From assembly GCA_001782825.1 (NCBI GenBank), contig MFPS01000006.1, positions 84,553 to 148,552 on the forward strand: DNA of 64,000 bases, written 5' to 3'. This stretch comes from Candidatus Magasanikbacteria bacterium RIFCSPHIGHO2_01_FULL_33_34 (GTDB taxonomy: Bacteria; Patescibacteriota; Patescibacteriia; Magasanikbacterales; UBA922). Position 1 is the first letter of the stretch; the number at the start of each line of letters is the position of its first letter. Below the pieces are notes generated by a model. It had not been told where the DNA came from, ran no database searches, and saw only the letters and a program-made list of their open reading frames with translations. Both the position numbers and the translations under genes were made by a program. This document shows, in pieces, positions 62,544 to 64,000 of the stretch.

Positions 62544-62909
62544 TTATTGTTTTTTAAAATTAAGAGAAATAGAATTCACACAATGGCGGACATTTTTGTC
62601 AGTATGTTTCTCACCGGTAAAAACATGGCCTAGATGACCTCCGCAGTTTGCGCAAGTTATTTCTGTACGGAGTCCATCTGCGTCAGGTATTCTTTTTATA
62701 GCGCCAGGAATTTCATCGTCAAAACTTGGCCATCCACAACGGGCATCAAATTTGTCCTTTGAGCGATACAGCTCGGCATCGCATTGTTTACAGGTGTATA
62801 TGCCGGTGTCATTATGTTTTTCGTATTTCCCAGAAAATGGTCGTTCTGTGCCTTTGTCAATTATAACTCTTTTTTCTGCTTCTGTTAGATTATTGTATGG
62901 TTTGTACAT
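62544..62909 (-). CDS. msrB: Peptide methionine-R-sulfoxide reductase MsrB
   Basis: Two CxxC zinc motifs, RCGWPSF and GGHLGHVF. Confidence 0.9.
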   Translation of the reverse strand: MYKPYNNLTEAEKRVIIDKGTERPFSGKYEKHNDTGIYTCKQCDAELYRSKDKFDARCGWPSFDDEIPGAIKRIPDADGLRTEITCANCGGHLGHVFTGEKHTDKNVRHCVNSISLNFKKQ

Positions 62910-62942
62910 AGAAGTTTTTTGGAATTTATTAAACTTGATTAG

Positions 62943-63458
62943 TTATTTTATGATGATGGTATCTGCTGGTAATTTTTCTTTTATTATCGCCAAGTCTATT
63001 TCTGAGTAGTTGTTGCCAGAAATATTCAAAGTTTTCAAATTTTTTAAGTTGCCAAGTTCGTAAGGTAGTCCAGTTAAGTTATTGTTTGATAAGTCTAATA
63101 TTTGTAAATTTTCCAATTGTCCAATTTCGGCAGGTACGCCTGTCATAAGGTTATTGCTTGCATTTAACACTCGCAACATTTGAAGGTGTCTAATTTCAGC
63201 TTGAATTGCTCCGGTTATTTTGTTGTTAGAAATATTAAGTTCTTCTAAATTGGTTTTACCAAAAACATATTCAGGAACTTTATTTAATTGTTGATTACTT
63301 AAGTCCAAGTTATTTTTAATTAGTTTTTTTGCTATCAGTAGAGGTACATCTTTGTTGGGTTGCTCTGTTTCAATAGTAGATTGTTTTTGTGGCTCTATCA
63401 AAGAACATCCGCTTAATAGTAGAGATAATGCTATTGTTAGTATAAGTTTGTATTTCAT
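62943..63458 (-). CDS. Leucine-rich-repeat lipoprotein (lipobox LSGC), with an internalin-like LRR array
   Basis: MKYKLILTIALSLLLSGCS signal/lipobox, then about 6 LRRs L..L.L..N.LTG.P.E.G.L.NL. Start set at the internal Met. Confidence 0.7.
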   Translation of the reverse strand: MKYKLILTIALSLLLSGCSLIEPQKQSTIETEQPNKDVPLLIAKKLIKNNLDLSNQQLNKVPEYVFGKTNLEELNISNNKITGAIQAEIRHLQMLRVLNASNNLMTGVPAEIGQLENLQILDLSNNNLTGLPYELGNLKNLKTLNISGNNYSEIDLAIIKEKLPADTIIIK

Positions 63459-63515
63459 ATAGTATTTTATATATAATGTTTGCTGGTAGTATAACACACT
63501 TGAACAGTTTATTAT

Positions 63516-63944
63516 TTAGTTTTCTACTTGGATTGATACTAGACCTTTTTTATTATCGCTCCATAGATAGCCGGTATATTTTTTAAGGTTTGGTGGTTCT
63601 ATTTTTAAATAAGTTTTTGGTTTATTAAAGAGAATAATCGTTTTGTATTGTTTTTTACTGATTTGTTTTTTCATTGAACATTGGTCTAAATTTCCTGAAA
63701 GGATAATTTTTTTGAATTTTAAACAAGAATTAAAAATTTGGTTGCCAAAAACTTCCATATTTTTAATAAACAAAATACGCTCATTGATATCATTGAGTTT
63801 TTCTATAGCTGATAAAAAAAGTTTTTCATTAGCACTTTCCAAAATAATTGCTTGTGTGTCGGTATTGAGTTGGCTTTCATCAGTGATATAAGCAGTTTTT
63901 GATTCATAGCCATTAATTTGTTGCAAAAAATTATCTTTGGCCAT
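63516..63944 (-). CDS. Hypothetical protein (may extend beyond the annotated Met towards the window end)
   Basis: 142-aa ORF. No motif. Confidence 0.35.
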   Translation of the reverse strand: MAKDNFLQQINGYESKTAYITDESQLNTDTQAIILESANEKLFLSAIEKLNDINERILFIKNMEVFGNQIFNSCLKFKKIILSGNLDQCSMKKQISKKQYKTIILFNKPKTYLKIEPPNLKKYTGYLWSDNKKGLVSIQVEN

Positions 63945-64000
63945 CGGGTATGCGGTTAAAAAGAGAATTTTTGATCCTTTTAAAAACAGATCAGCAAGCA

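Overview
The window looks like a slice of a small, AT-rich (about 30-35% GC), standard-genetic-code bacterial chromosome. The gene content resembles a Candidate Phyla Radiation / Patescibacteria (Parcubacteria-like) genome: fermentative (ldh, transaldolase, transketolase, SIS-type PGI), a type IV pilus ATPase, a class II ribonucleotide reductase next to a PduO-type corrinoid adenosyltransferase, and a giant secreted multidomain protein. That taxonomic placement is inference from content, not a search result.

Coding is dense. It is mostly housekeeping: gyrB, secE-nusG-rplK, ldh, thrS, pilB, ftsH, nrdJ, ruvB, tal, pgi, tkt, dksA-like, lspA, comM, tig, rpmH-rnpA-yidD / dnaA-dnaN (the origin region), ponA, a 3D-domain protein, polA, holA, rpsT, rmuC and msrAB. 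Two tRNAs are present: tRNA-Cys(GCA) on the minus strand and tRNA-Arg(CCU) on the plus strand.

No CRISPR array, restriction-modification system or recognisable mobile-element gene is visible. The most unusual items are:
- A 1749-aa secreted protein (1108..6357) with a heparinase II/III-like lyase module, CBM-like modules and SH3b-like modules joined by (Thr-Pro)n linkers encoded by slippage-prone hexanucleotide repeats.
- A non-coding module at 35.2-35.9 kb: DnaA boxes bracketed by two 22-bp palindromes, then a near-consensus promoter driving a roughly 465-nt highly structured transcript.
- A GC-rich island after polA with a roughly 110-nt small RNA bounded by a promoter and a terminator.
- Candidate tandem NrdR operators upstream of nrdJ.
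- An LtaS-like/GDPD fusion enzyme.
- Partial tRNA-end duplicates at both tRNA loci.
- secE-nusG-rplK ending in a terminator with no rplA.
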